64,000 bases of DNA, taken from Sminthopsis crassicaudata (taxonomy: Eukaryota). The notes beneath the pieces were generated by a model. The model had not been told where the DNA came from and ran no database searches. It was given only the letters and a program-made list of their open reading frames with translations. Made by a program: the position numbers and the translations under genes. How positions within the stretch are numbered: the first letter of the stretch is position 1; the number at the start of each line of letters is the position of its first letter. Positions 49,670 through 63,154 of this stretch are shown here, in pieces. The stretch lies in assembly GCF_048593235.1 (NCBI RefSeq), contig NC_133618.1, forward strand, positions 18,764,468 to 18,828,467, in the 5' to 3' direction.

Positions 49670-50990
49670 TTTCCCATCCATCTTAAAGTTGGGGATACAG
49701 GGCAAAAGAAGGTGAAATCACTTATTCAATCTCACACAGACCTTGGGTGGCCTTGAACAATCTAGTAAGTCCAGGTTTCCTAGAATAGGACCATAAATTT
49801 ACAGCTGAGAGAATTTTAAAACCCATTATCCTAATTTGTTTTAGAGAAATTGGAAGGCTTGGTGAGGTTACTTACTTTGTCTAAAATCCAGATACCAGTT
49901 TCCAAATTTCTTGATCTTTCTACTTTAACTCATCACCTGTGTGTGTGTACCTTGAGTGTATCTAACTTTACCCTAATCAAGTATCTGAAATCAATCTCTT
50001 ATCAGCTCAAACCTGGAACTCATCTATCATTAGCTTTCGCTAAAAGCCTTCAGTTCTTGGAAACATATTTAAAAATGGAAGCTCATTTCATTTTAAGATC
50101 TAGGATTCCCCAAGTTTCTCACCTAAATTACCTTGTATTCATTTGAATAGGATAGGGACAGGAAATGGACCTATGACATTATTGAAATAGAGAATTATTT
50201 AATAAAGAAATTCCATCTAGCATCTATGTAGGTTGAAAACTTTTCAGAACTTTTAATTCAGTGCCAAGAGCACATATAACCAGGATGCATCTTCCTGGCT
50301 CCAATGTTATTCTCTAATATGTAGATATTATATTTCTTTCTATGTATATTTATTGTATCCAACAATCAAAAGTAATCTCCTTGAGAACAGAGCCTACTTT
50401 CTTTTTTGTCTTTGTATTCCCAGTATTTAGTAAGGTGTTTGATACATATTAAGTACTCAGTAAGTGCTTGTTGGCTTATTAATTTGAATTCAATAAATAT
50501 TTAGTGTATCTCAATATTTCAAGGAATCTGTAGTTTCCTTAATGTGGATTCTCCATTTAGAGGTTCACGTCATAACTCATTCATGACCTTCAACCTTTCT
50601 CATTTGTGACTGCCCCTCCATTTGTTCTAGGGCCAAGAAAATCAAATCTTAACCCCAGTTCTACAGGAAATCACCCAACAAAGCTCAATCACAAAATTCA
50701 AATTTAAAATCCTTTAAATAGTAGAAAATGCATCATTGTGAAGGCACAAATGGAGTTTTAAAATTCTGTATCACTCAAATCCTTCAAACCTTCAAACATA
50801 CTCTTCAATAACCTATACTGCTTTCCCAATTGCACGTGATTCCAAAGCTAAGTTCTGCTTGACCTTCAAAGCCCTTCCCAACCTGTCATTTCTCTTAAGA
50901 TTTTCCTGTGAATTCTCTTTTGCATTTGAGGAAATCTACAAATCACCCCTGTCTATAATTGATTTATTTCCATTTGTTGTCTTTGTATGT

Positions 50991-51317
50991 ACACCAAGGA
51001 ATCAAAGACCAAAGTCTTACCTGGCTCTCTTTTTCTCCTTTTTCTACTCATAGTATTTGGGCTATCTTGAGGGAAGCAAGCCTGAAAACTGGGCTTCCTG
51101 TTCTTTTGTATGATGTTGCATATGGGGGGGTTTGTATGTTTTGGGGTAGGAAGAAGAGAACAATGAGAAAGAGAGAAAGAGAGTGAAGGAAAAGAGTAAG
51201 AACTGGAGACGGGGTGAGGAGGTTGATGTCCTTGTTAGAGCTATTAGCATCAGCTCTCATAGATCAATGATCCTGACAACCTTATTGACTGAAAAGCTCT
51301 GTCTTATTAAATGATCA
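50991..51317 (+). repeat. Dispersed direct repeat, copy 1 (~326 bp)
   Basis: About 98% identical to 52229-52553 (4 substitutions, 2 single-base indels by hand). Confidence 0.95.
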
Positions 51318-52228
51318 GTAAGTAAGCATTTATTAAGAGCTTACTACATACCAAGAACTTCACTAAGTTCTGGGGATGAAAATACAAAAAGTAAGACAAT
51401 CTCTGCCCACCAAGAACTTATACTCTAACAGGAAAAAAATTACATTCAAGGGAATTATGGCCCAAAAAGAGGAAGAGAATTGGCCCAGGAACTCACAGAA
51501 ACATAAGTTGATTTCTAGGGCAATTGATTGACACGTTGTTTTGAGGAACATCAATGTTGATTTGATCACTATTCAAAGAACTAGAGATAGAAAGTGGGAA
51601 TGAAAACTTGAGGGAAGAAGGTTGACATGAAGATAACTAGAGAATAGAGTGTCAGGGCTGGATCTAGACCAGGCTTAATATGAAGAATTTTCCCCAATCA
51701 TAAGCTCAGAGCTCAGGGTTGGAGTAAGGAGGCTCAGTGAGAAGGCTGAAGAGCAGCATTTTGTTTTTTCACATAGACAATGTCTTTTTTTTTCTCTAAT
51801 CCATTCCTGTCCCCTTTTGGGAAATTGAATTTAAAATTATATTCCTCCATCCCATAATATCCATCCCATAATGACCTGCTTTTAGGGTAGGGCACATTCC
51901 AGAAATTTTCATGTGGGTTTTCTCTAAATATTGATCAATTTTGCTGTTTTTTTTTTTCCTCTTCTTCCTTTAAAAATGTTCTTAGAGGAGCAGGGAAGAT
52001 ACAGGATAAATTTAAGTGTTGTGGAAAAAGAGATTAAAGAATTCAGCTCAGAAAGAAGATGCTGACAGGAAAACAGGTCATTGACTTTATGTCTGAGTCA
52101 TCACTGCTCATCTTCTTTACTTTCCATCCCGAAGATCTGTGGAAAGTTTATAGCACAACCCAATGCACGAGACCTTCCCAATGAGACATACAGCAAGGGG
52201 CAACACAAACACTGGCAAATGGGGCAAA

Positions 52229-52553
52229 ACACCAAGGAATCAAAGACCAAAGTCTTACCTGGCTCTCTTTTTCTCCTTTTCTACTCATAGTATTTGGGCT
52301 ATCTTGAGGGAAGCAAGCCTGAGAACTGGGCTTCCTGTTCTTTTGTATGATGTTGCATAAGGGGGGGTTGTATGTTTTGGGGTGGGAAGAAGAGAACAAT
52401 GAGAAAGAGAGAAAGAGAGTGAAGGAAAAGAGTAAGAACTGGAGACGGGGTGAGGAGGTTGATGTCCTTATTAGAGCTATTAGCATCAGCTCTCATAGAT
52501 CAATGATCCTGACAACCTTATTGACTGAAAAGCTCTGTCTTATTAAATGATCA
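52229..52553 (+). repeat. Dispersed direct repeat, copy 2
   Basis: See copy 1. Confidence 0.95.
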
Positions 52554-53169
52554 TTTATCAAGTTAAAAAATTGTATGGAGAGTAAAACATTTTTCTCAAA
52601 AGATGCAAAATAATATATATCATCTTTACCTTAACAGTGGTTATCATTTTATTGGGGAAGACAATAATTGGCAACATAGGACACACACACAATAACAACA
52701 GCACACCTAACAAGAAACCATTCCAAATTTGTTTGAAGTGAAGAAGGACCCTAAACCTCTGAGGAGGGCCATTCCAAACTGGGATCGTTCTAGCTATCAG
52801 GAAGATGTTTGATTTTTCTTTATGCCAAGCCTAAATCTACCTTTATAACACCCATCCAGGGCTCCTAGTGCTATTCTTTGGATCCATCTCCCCAGATATA
52901 CTCACACCTAACTGCCTTCCCTCTAAACATCTACTCATGTCCTCCACTGGAACTTTGGACTGTGCCACTGGATTCTCCAGCTCTGACAAGACAACTTTTG
53001 CCTCACTTTCCTCAGAATCAGATCTTCATTAGTATCTGTATCATATTATACCTCCCATGCTGTTTATCTCCCTTTTTGGTTTCCTTCCTCTATTGTAATG
53101 CAAGCTTCTTGCTTCATATCTAAAATTCTTAGCAAATTGCCTGGAAAATACAAAATACTTCATAAATGT

Positions 53170-53480
53170 TTTGTCTACCTACCTACCCATCTGTTTGTCT
53201 CTTTACCTCTCTCTATACATATTATCTGTGTGTCCATCTGTTTTATTGCCTGTCTCCTTGTCTGTGTCAATCTCTTTGCCTGACTGTCTGCCTCCCTATC
53301 TATCCACCCATCTATCTGTTTGTCTATTGATCTGTGGCTGCCTATTTCTTTGCCTGACTTTCGATCTGTCTCCTTGCCTGGCTGCCTGTATCATTACCTA
53401 TCCATTCATCTATCCATGCATCTATCCTCTGTCTGTGTCTGTCCATCTATCTCTTTTCTATCTATTATCTATCTCTCTAA
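53170..53480 (+). repeat. Degenerate TCTG/TCTA/CCAT tetranucleotide low-complexity tract
   Basis: ctacctacctacccatctgtttgtct...atctatccatgcatctatcc. Confidence 0.8.
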
Positions 53481-54879
53481 CCCCTCACTTCCTCTACTTG
53501 AGACACCAATCTGTGACCTACTGCTGATAGGAGCCTGTCTAGCACTAATCTCTTTATTGTACATCCCTCTCCTTGGACTCATCAGTCCCTGAAGCCACAG
53601 AAAGTGTATAAATGCTGACTTTCCAGAGAAAAAGTTTCCTTTTTTGACAGCATACAGTGAATTTTCTACTAGAACTAATTTTTTTTTTGCTAAGAACCTT
53701 AGAGTCTAGTTGAGAAAGTGAAAATTTCTAGTGGGTTTCAGTCTTAGAATTTGGCTTCTCCAGGTAAATGGGGCTAGTATATAGACCAAGGGGCTCATGG
53801 ATCAAATTAAGCCACCCAGTCCTCACAGGGAGATTGACCCCAACCTTTCAGAACATTTATTTATCATGCAGGGAAAAAAATCAGCTCCAGAAGAGGCAAG
53901 CTGAATTCTGTCAAATCCCTTGCATCACCAAAGAAGGATGTATCAAAGCATCTTCTTGTCACAGGAGTTTTTTCACTGCCAAAACATGAGAACCAAGAGG
54001 GATATCATTGATTTTAAAGACAGTAACAGGCAGTTATCATTTGCCCTCTTGAGTTTTAAAGGGCAGATAAATAAAATATAAACTGTCCAAAATCCATGAG
54101 GGAGTAGAAAGGCAAAGAATCTGTTATAGGCCAGTAGGGGACACACGATAAAGCATTTGACTTTTGAGGAGGGAAAAATAGAGTTTGAATATAACCTATT
54201 ATTTATGTGACCCTGGACAAATCACTTAAAACTCTCTCAGGTATAATTTCTTCATCTGCAAAAGGAGAAGACTCTTCCAGCTATAAATATATTCCAAATA
54301 TTCTATGGACTCTTACTACATGTGTCCGCAAGGAAAAGTCACTTAATCTCTCAGTCTCAGTTTCCCCATCTCTAAAATAGTGTTCCACAAACTTGACTTA
54401 AATGCCCATATCCATCCGACCTATTTTAAAAGGCAAACGAGGTTAATTTTTAGTTAGGAAGCAGGTGAGAACCGTGAAAGATTTTTGAGCGTAGAATAAA
54501 AATAGTTCTTGTATAAAAGATAGTTTAAAAGATGAAAGGAGAAGGAAATGTGAAGATCAGTTAAGAGGCCATTGCCATTATTCACATGGTAATAATGAGG
54601 ACCAGAAAAGAGAGGAAGATGATGAACATAACTAGAATTTAGGAGACTGCATTAACAGGACTTTGTAAAGGATGAGCAAAGAAGAGGGGAAAAGATTCAG
54701 TTGTCCAATAGAATTAGGAAAATAAGAGAAAGGCTAATAAGCTGTGTTTGAGACAGGACCAAAGTTTAGGTTTGTCAGAACACTCCTTCATTTTATGGGC
54801 AAAAGAGATTAATTGATTTTCCCAGAGTCACACAGCTTTTAGGTGGCCAGATGGTTAAGAAACTATGTCCACTCAAATC

Positions 54880-55505
54880 TTCAACATAAAGAAGATCCAA
54901 CTCACTTCCAGTTGATCAATGATGGACAGAAATAACTACACCCAGAGAAGGAACACTGGGAAGTGAATGTAAATTGTTAGCACTACTGTCTATCTACCCA
55001 GGTTACTTATACCTTCGGAAGCTAATTGTAAAGGGCTAGAACTGAGCAATGCACTTGGATGATGAAGCACGTGAGACTAATTGCCAATTGGATGGTTCCC
55101 TATTAACTTGTTTAAGGTTGACCCTCCCCAGCTGTTCTGTGCTGACTTGATTGGTGAGACAAAGAGAGGGAAGTGACTTGTGTGGGAGGAGCAAGAGAAA
55201 CTTGGGTGGTGGAACTCACGCTCACTTGCACTCGTGACCTGGCGTTGGAGGCGACGGTAAAGATCTAGAATAAAGACGTTTAGTGATCCTGACTCTTGCT
55301 GATTTCTGGAAAGATAGAGTTCCAGCAGCTAATAATTAATGTGCAACAAGAAAATGGTATTTACACACATATATTGTATCTAGGTTATATTGTAACACAT
55401 GTAAAATGTATGGGATTGCCTGTCATCGGGGGGAGGGAGTGGAGGGAGGGAGGGGATAATTTGGAAAAATGTATAAAAAAAAATTTTAAAAATTAAAAAA
55501 AAAAG
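54880..55505 (+). mobile_element. L1 3' UTR (younger-type), split by LTR family B
   Basis: tcttcaacataaagaagatcc...ggagggaggggataatttggaaaa with A tail; contiguous after removing 55027-55327. Confidence 0.88.
55027..55327 (+). mobile_element. ERV solo LTR (family B)
   Basis: TG...CA, AATAAA at ~55269, perfect 6-bp TSD gctaat (55021-55026, 55328-55333). Confidence 0.93.
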
Positions 55506-55514
55506 AAACGAATT

Positions 55515-56690
55515 AAACAAACAAAAAACTAATGCAAACAAGATTAGAAGGGAAGTAACAAATTGGGAAAACATTTTTACAGTTAAAGGTTGAGATAAAG
55601 GCCTCATCTCCAAAATATACAGAGAATTGACTCTATAAGAAATCAAGCCATTCTCCAATTGATAAATGGTCAAAGGATATGAACAGACAATTTTCAGATG
55701 ATGAAATTGAAACTATTTCCACTCATATGAAAGAGTGTTCCAAATCACTATTGATCAGAGAAATGCAAATTAAGACAACTCTGAGATACCACTAAACACC
55801 TGTCAGATTGGCTAAGATGACAGGAACAAATAATGATAAATGTTGGAGGGGATGTGGAAAAACTGAGACACTGATGCATTATTGGTGGAGTTGTGAAAGA
55901 ATCCAACCATTCTGGAGAGCAATCTGGAATTATGTCCAAAAAGTTATCAAACTGTGCATACCCTTTTACCCAGCAGTGCTACTACTGGGCTTACATCCCA
56001 AGAAAATACTAAAGAAGAGAAAGGGACCTGTATGTGCCAAAATGTTTGTGGCAGCCCTTTTTGTAGTGGCTAGAAACTGGAAAATTAATGGATGTCCATC
56101 AATTGGAGAATGGTTGGGTAAATTATAGTATATGAATGTTATGGAATATTATTGTTCTGTAAGAAATGACCAACAGGAGGAATACAGAGAGGCTTGGAGA
56201 GACTTACATCAACTGATGCTGAGTGAAATGAGCAGAACCAGAAGATCATTATACACTTCAACAACGATACTGTATGAGGATGTATTCTAATAGAAATGGA
56301 TATCTTCAACATAGAGAAGAGCTAATCCAATTCCAATTGATCAATGATGAACAGAATCAGCTACACCCAGAGAAGAAACACTGGGAAATGAGAATAAACT
56401 GTTAGCATTTTTTGTTTTTCTCCCCAGATTATTTTTACCTTCCGAATCCAATTCTTCCTTCGCAACAACAACAACAAAATTCGGTTCTGCACATATGTAT
56501 TGTACCTAGGATATACTATAACATATTTAATGTGTATGGGAATGCCTGCCATCTAGGGGAGGGGGTGGAAGGAAGGAGGGGAAAAATTCAGAACAGAAGG
56601 GAGTAGAAGGGATAATGTTGTAAAAAAAAAATTACCTATGCATATGTGCTGTCAAAAATGTTATAATTATAAAATTATTTTAAAAAAATA
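55515..56690 (+). mobile_element. 5'-truncated L1 (ORF2 C-terminus and 3' UTR), different 3' UTR type from the upstream copy
   Basis: MAKMTGTNNDKCWRGCGKTETLMHYWWSCERIQPFW peptide (L1 ORF2 cysteine-rich domain). Confidence 0.92.
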
Positions 56691-57289
56691 ACCTCAACCT
56701 CTTCATACCTGGTATTCCTTTTCTCAAAAATCTCCAATGGCTCCCTATGGCCTCATAAGCCAAATTTCAATTCCTTTGCAGGTTGTAATGATTGTTCAAT
56801 TGTTCCAGTTATATCTGCCTCTTAATAGCCCTATTTTTGGCAGAGATACTAGAATGGTTTACTATTTCCTTCTCCAGCTCATTTGACAGATCAGAAAACT
56901 GAGGTAAATGGGGTAGTGATTTGCCCGGGGGCACACAACTATTAAGTGTCTCAGGTCAGATTTTGACCTCACCAAAATATGTCTTCCAGACTACAGGTGT
57001 GGAACTCTAGCTTTTGTCACCTGACTTCCCAGTTACAAAAATTAGATAATCCCATAGACAGACTCACCACCTTCCTAGTTCATCTCTAAATATGCTTCCA
57101 CATAACCAAGCCTCAAGTCTCACAGCAGTCTCCTGCAGATTTTTCCTCTCTCCCAGTGCTTTGAGATTTCCTGGCATTTATGAGTGGTCCCTCTCTGCCG
57201 TAAACATCAGATATTGACTTTACCCTTATCCTTATCTGCAAGATGCTAGGTTAGGTCAACAGAAGGGACAAGAAGTTTCTCTACATAAT

Positions 57290-58080
57290 TGAACGGCCCA
57301 TCAACAAGATAAAGAAGGTATCCCTTGGCTCCTAATGACAGAGCTATAATGAAGAAAAAAGCCTCATGCCTACAGAGCGAGCTCCAGTACACTGATGATA
57401 AACCAGCCGGCTCTCTGCGTCATGGAGTTATTAAATTTTGCCACTGGTGCCAGATGGTATTAATCCTGCAGCTTCCACAGCTGAAAACACGTCACCCCAT
57501 TGCCTAGACGTCACTGAATTTTCCAGAAGTACTCCTCTCAAGACTGTAGAACATCTAAATCTTTCTTGCTCCCAATAAACAAGTATGGATAGATGAGAGA
57601 CGGCTGTAAATCATTCCTGGGGAAACACAGGCTCTCTGTTCTGCCTCAGTGAAGTCTAAGCCAGTTGTGAGACCCCAGTCTAGGGGGACTGATTTATAAG
57701 TTAACCGGTAATGCATCTATCTCTACTCATTACTCTCTCGATAAATCTTCTTGGATGAGTTATATGCATATTAACCTTCCTTAGGCATCCTTCAGTGTCA
57801 GGAGTCCTGTTCTTCAATGGGGCGGCTGTTAACATTCCCGGGTAATGTATAACCGTGATCCTTTCAGCCCGACAAATAAATAACCCTCCAATCCTTTCCC
57901 AGTTTCCTCTCATTATTTCTAGGCCATAAATACATACATTATTTGGCATTCAAAAAGCCAGGAAGGTCCTCCAGTCAAATATATTTTATGTTATTGCATA
58001 TTCTCGATGGAGAGAATTGTCATCATTTCTGCTTCTGGCTTGGCGTTTCAGAAGTGAGCCTCAGAGGGCCTTGCTGAACA
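57290..58080. promoter_or_regulatory. CpG-retaining unique block, candidate enhancer/conserved non-coding element
   Basis: About 15 CpGs; three CRE/ATF-like sites (57416, 57488, 57507); several TAAT cores; no repeat recognised. Function is inference. Confidence 0.4.
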
Positions 58081-58849
58081 GATGAGAACCAAGCCAGCTG
58101 CTTCCCTACCTCTCAGGAGCTTGAGGAAGGTTCAGCAAAGTTTAAATGAGCCTGGGGAGTCCAGGTTGTCATATAGGACGTATATAAGATTTCTAATGTG
58201 AGGAATGTGCTCCAAAGTGCCTAACTTACCCCCATCCCAAAAATCCCAGATTCATAGATATTTGGATGTAGAAGGGACCTCAGAGGTGAATTATTCTATC
58301 TGGTACCTGAAGCACAGTTATATAGCATCCTCTTGAAAGCTTCCAGTGAGGAAGAACTCATTATGTACCAATATACTTCATTGCATTTCAGACAAATCTA
58401 ATTAGGGAAATATTTCTCTTTTTACTAAGCTAAAAGCTGCCTTCTTGCAGCTTCCATCTATTAATCCTGGCTGATTCTATCCCCCAGCTTCTTTTTTAAA
58501 GTCTTCAGTGATGGGGAAACTCATTATCTACAGAAGTTATTTCCCTTTCTGGACAGCAAAAAGTCTTTCTGCTTATGCTGAGCCAAAATCTGCCTCCCAT
58601 AACTTCCACTTTGTCAATAATAACAATTGCTGATATGGATGTTCATGAACAACTTTGTGTCCAGTAATTTTATTTCCCCAATACCATCTTGGTATACTTA
58701 GCCAAAGTATCTGGCATATAGGAGGAACTTTATAAGTGCTTATCTGATTTCTCTCATTTGAGCTTCACAACAACCTGTAGGATTAACTTAGATTTGGAAT
58801 TCACATTCAACAGGCATTGTCTTAATACATTCAACAGGTAAATCTTAAG

Positions 58850-59446
58850 AAAGGGTGGTTACAAGTTAATTACTCTCAGAATATTGATTTAAACAGTATA
58901 TAAAAAAGAGGGAACTTATAGCATGAAAGTAATGAACAATTAACAAAGACAGTGGTCACCAAGAAAATATGAAAACTAAACAGATAATGTACAACAAAGT
59001 CATCATCACTATGAGGAAGCACCATCATCTGAATTCTTTTAGCTGGGAGAATCCGGGTCACAGCAATTCGATCTCAAGTGGGAGATTATTAGGCAAGTGG
59101 CACCAAATTTCCTGACAGAGTTCTCAGTCACTTTTCACTAAGGGGTTTTTATAGGCTGAGAACAAAGAACCCACTACACTAAATATTCTCAATCAATACC
59201 TGACCCTTGAGGCAAAGCACCCCCCCACCCCAGGTACAAGGATGCTCTGTAACAAGAAGTACCTCAAAGAGAATATTTTTTCCTTTAGGAGGATTATGTT
59301 TACACCAGGAACTGGCCAGGTTTCTGAAGTTTATATAGCCTGGCCATAAAGAATATGCATTAATAAAGATGCCAGAAGGATGACCAATCCTCCTAATGCT
59401 TTCTGAGATTTATCAAATAACTAGGAGGGCATTTCAAATTCTCACC
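58850..59446 (-). mobile_element. Probable solo LTR (left boundary uncertain)
   Basis: ggggtttttatagg (TATA on minus) at ~59142; ends ...attctcacca. Confidence 0.45.
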
Positions 59447-60199
59447 AAACAAATTTACACAAAGTCATGCCTGAGATTCACTAGGATTTCCTACACAACT
59501 CATGTGGTAGTTTCTATAGATATTGGCAGACCACTTTTGCATATGATGACCCTGATACACAAATAAATTCAGAGACTTGTTGAAGATCTAAAAGGTAATA
59601 AAGCCCAAAAGGAGATTTGGATCATCCTAATTCTGTGCCATATTGATTTCTTACACTCCCCAAACTCTCCCCAAATACAATTGAATTCTCAGTGTGGAGA
59701 TGATACTGCCTGGGCCCTGAGGAGCTTGTGTGCAAAAAGAGAGACTTCCCCAGTCAGCTTTCTCTCAGGGATTTTCTCTCTCTGTGGCCTGAATTTGAAA
59801 AGTATCCAGATAAAAATAACAAAGGAGAAGAAGAAAAAAGAAAAGAAAATTCCATTGCCTGAAGGAACCAAGAAGCTGTTAAAATGCTGACATAATAATC
59901 TGCCACACCAATTCCCAGAATGGATTATTTAATTGCTGAAACTTTCAGAACAAATTATATCACAGTCAGAAAACCAACAATATTCATAGATACTATGTGC
60001 CAGACATTAGACCATAAAACGCAAATATAAAAAGCAATACGGTCCCTGGCTCAAATGCAAAGTGGATTCCCTCTTAATGGAAGTCTTCAAGAAAAGGTTG
60101 AATGACTACTTGATGGATATCGTGGAATGGCTGCTATTTTCAAATTAGCCGAGTAGATTTAAGTTTCTTCCAAATCTTGTATTCTGTGAGTGAAGGTCT

Positions 60200-60710
60200 A
60201 TTTCAAGAACTTTTATGTGGGCTATTGCAGTAGCCTCCCCAACAATCTTCCTGTCTCATGATCCTCTCCATTACAAACCATCATTCACTCAGCTGCCAGT
60301 GTGATTTTACTAAAAAAAAACAGGTCTGTCCATGTCACTTCCTGACTCAACAAACTCCTGTGGCTCTCTGTTACCTTTGACATTTAAAGCTTTTCACAAT
60401 CTGGCCCTAACTTCCCTTTCCTGATTCCATGTACATTATAACCTCTCAGATATACATTACAATCTCTAGCCAGAATGTTCTTCTGAAGATCAGTCTCATA
60501 TGTCACTACATCTGCCTAGTCTGTATTGAGCCTTTTGTTATTCAACACTGTCTTTTAAAATGAGGGTTTTGAGTTGTCTTGGTGTTCGAAACCTAAATAT
60601 CATTCAAATTTAAGCTCACTGAGGGCACATAGACTATTCACTTTTATAATTGTATCCCTTGTATAGTTTCTGGCACACAGTAGCTTCTTCCTAAATGCTT
60701 GTTTAATGAT
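60200..60710 (+). mobile_element. L2 3' fragment
   Basis: tgggctattgcagtagcctcc...ctggcacacagtagc...aaatgcttg. Confidence 0.75.
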
Positions 60711-63010
60711 TGGTTTTCTGGTTCAGACAAAAAGTTTTTCCCAATTACCTTCCATGAATGAATGATGTGCAACAGAGGAGCCTAAAGCCCAGTTAGATTG
60801 TATAATTTGCCCATGGACATACAGCTAGAAAGCAGCAGAGACAGGATAGCATGAGTCCTCTCACTACTTCCCAATGCTGATCTAAGCCCAGATTCCCAGA
60901 CACCTTTCTCTGCTTAATGAGGCAAACATCCAGCTTCCTGTATGAGAGTTTCTTTGCCAACCCAAAGAAAAAGGACAAAGAAATTGGAACAGACATTCGG
61001 AGAGCATGGATTCATCAGAAAGCCCTGAAGCAAATTCAAAAGGGAGCCTCCTTTGGGAGAAGATGAGATGTGACAAATGTCTGAGCATCATTTTTTACAT
61101 GAGTCCCTCAAGGCCCCACAAATGCCTGTACTTGACGTATACTTCTGACATTGCCAGTGATTTTCATCTCCTTTGCTCTTCCTCAAATAAGAACTACAAA
61201 GGACAAGTAGAGTATTGGATTTTAAACCAAATGGATTAAGTGTAAACAAATAATCTCAATACGAAATTTATATGATGAGCCCCACAGGAAGAGTCCAGGC
61301 AAGGAATTATTTTTTCTACGTAAGGCTCATAGGGAACACCCCATTCTTCCTCTCCCTTTGTTCCTGGCATCTTTCACTTACACCTAGTTCCAACTCATGC
61401 CCAAAGGATGGGCAACTTTCCTGTCAAAATCCTATTGAAGGACTGACCACCTGACAGAGAGACAGTAGAGTCAGTGCAACATGATTTTAGGCCATGTACA
61501 GTGTGAGAATTTGCTTGACTTTACATGTTTGTGATTGTTTTTTTTTTTCTTTATTCTTTCTCAAAGGAGTGAGAAGGAGAGAAGGTCAACTTTTATTGAT
61601 TGGAAAAAAAATAAGATTTAACAAAATCTTAGCAGAGGATCAGCTAGAAAGAAAGAAAAAAGAGAATTGATCCCTTGCTTTGTGTCTTCCCCAGAAGATC
61701 CTTCTACCTGGAAATGCTTTACCCTATAGATTCTTCTATGCCTTCAGGACCTTCTTATTATTGGTGAGTTCCTCTGCTTTACAGAAATGCCCAGGAAATG
61801 CCCATTCTTTTTCCTTTACTCTTCTCAGTTCTGCTCTTAATTCTCCAGATTTCTTTATTAAGCCCTTATTTGGGAAAAGAACATGAAAAAGTGGATCAGG
61901 AAAGGACTCATGTGGAAAGTGGTCATTGAATAAAGTTTAAAAGAAATGAAGAAGGTAGATACAAAATAAATATAAAGTGAAGGAAGTGATAGAAGGGACT
62001 CTAATAACTGAGGGAATCAGGAAAGGCTTCTCATAAGAGGTAGGAATTGTGTTGAGCCTTAAAAGGAGCTAGGGATTTCAAGAGGTGAAGGTGAGAGAGG
62101 AAAGAATTCCAGATGTGGAAAAAACAACTTTAACAATGACATGATAGTGAAAGACAAAATGTCATGTATGGAGAATGACCCACAAGAAGGACAGCAACAA
62201 GCATTTAAATAGAACCTACTATGTGCCAAGCATTTTACAAATATATCGCTTGATCCTTACAACACCCCTGGGAGATAGGTGCTAGTATCATTGTCACCTA
62301 AGAGATAAGGAAAATGAGGCAGTTATTAAGTGAACTATGCAGGATCACGTAAGTGTCTGAGGTTGGATTTGAACTCGGAATCTTTCTGATTGCAGACTTC
62401 CCCCCTCCAAAAAAAAAAAAAAAAAAAAAAAGTCAGCCCCCCAGCTGTCCCTAAGGCATTTTGGCCATGTGTTATATACTGTACCTGACAAAGATAATGT
62501 GTACTAAAACTGGAGTCAAAAGATAAAGATTTTGAATTTTATCCTAAAGGCTCAAGTGGATAGAGCATTGGGTCGAGAGCAGCATCAAGGAAACAGCTGG
62601 TCAAGGGAGGTATATGAAAGACATTGTTAATTATGCCCACCTGACTGACAGGCTAAGACATGGGCCATTCCAGTATTCCAAAGAAGAATCATTCAAGGAC
62701 TTAATAAGCATTTATTTAGTATAATCTAAGGTCCAGGCTCCATAGTGGGTGGTGATTACTGCCTTACAAAAACAATAGTGAATCACTTCCTGCCTCAGAG
62801 AGCTTGTATTCCAGTGGTAGAAACATCATCAACATGTCTTCTGGTCAGCCTGGTACATGCTTGCTTTTTGTTTTGTTTTGTTTTGTTTTTTAACAACCTG
62901 ATTCTGTGATTTTATTTATGTGGAGAACGCCCAATGAAGGAATTACCTCTCCCAATTGCAGTCAGCACCTTGAAAGTTGTTGCTGAAGACACAGAAAAAT
63001 TATTATTATT

Positions 63011-63154
63011 TTTTTTTTTTGGTCAGGGTAATTGGGGGTTAAGTGACTTGCCCAAGGTCACACAGCTAGTATTAAGTATTTGAGGTTGCATTTGAATTCC
63101 AGTCCTTCTGACTCCAGAGCCAGTAGTCTATCCACTTCATCATCTAGCTGTCCC
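63011..63154 (-). mobile_element. WSINE1-type SINE
   Basis: Poly(T), ggggttaagtgacttgcccaaggtcacacagctag, atttgaattcc, ...catctagctgtccc. Confidence 0.9.

Noticed and set aside
54129-54146. CTCF-like ggccagtaggggacac (and weaker matches at ~31005 and ~57677)
   Set aside because: Mismatches or insertions at core positions; not supportable without ChIP data.
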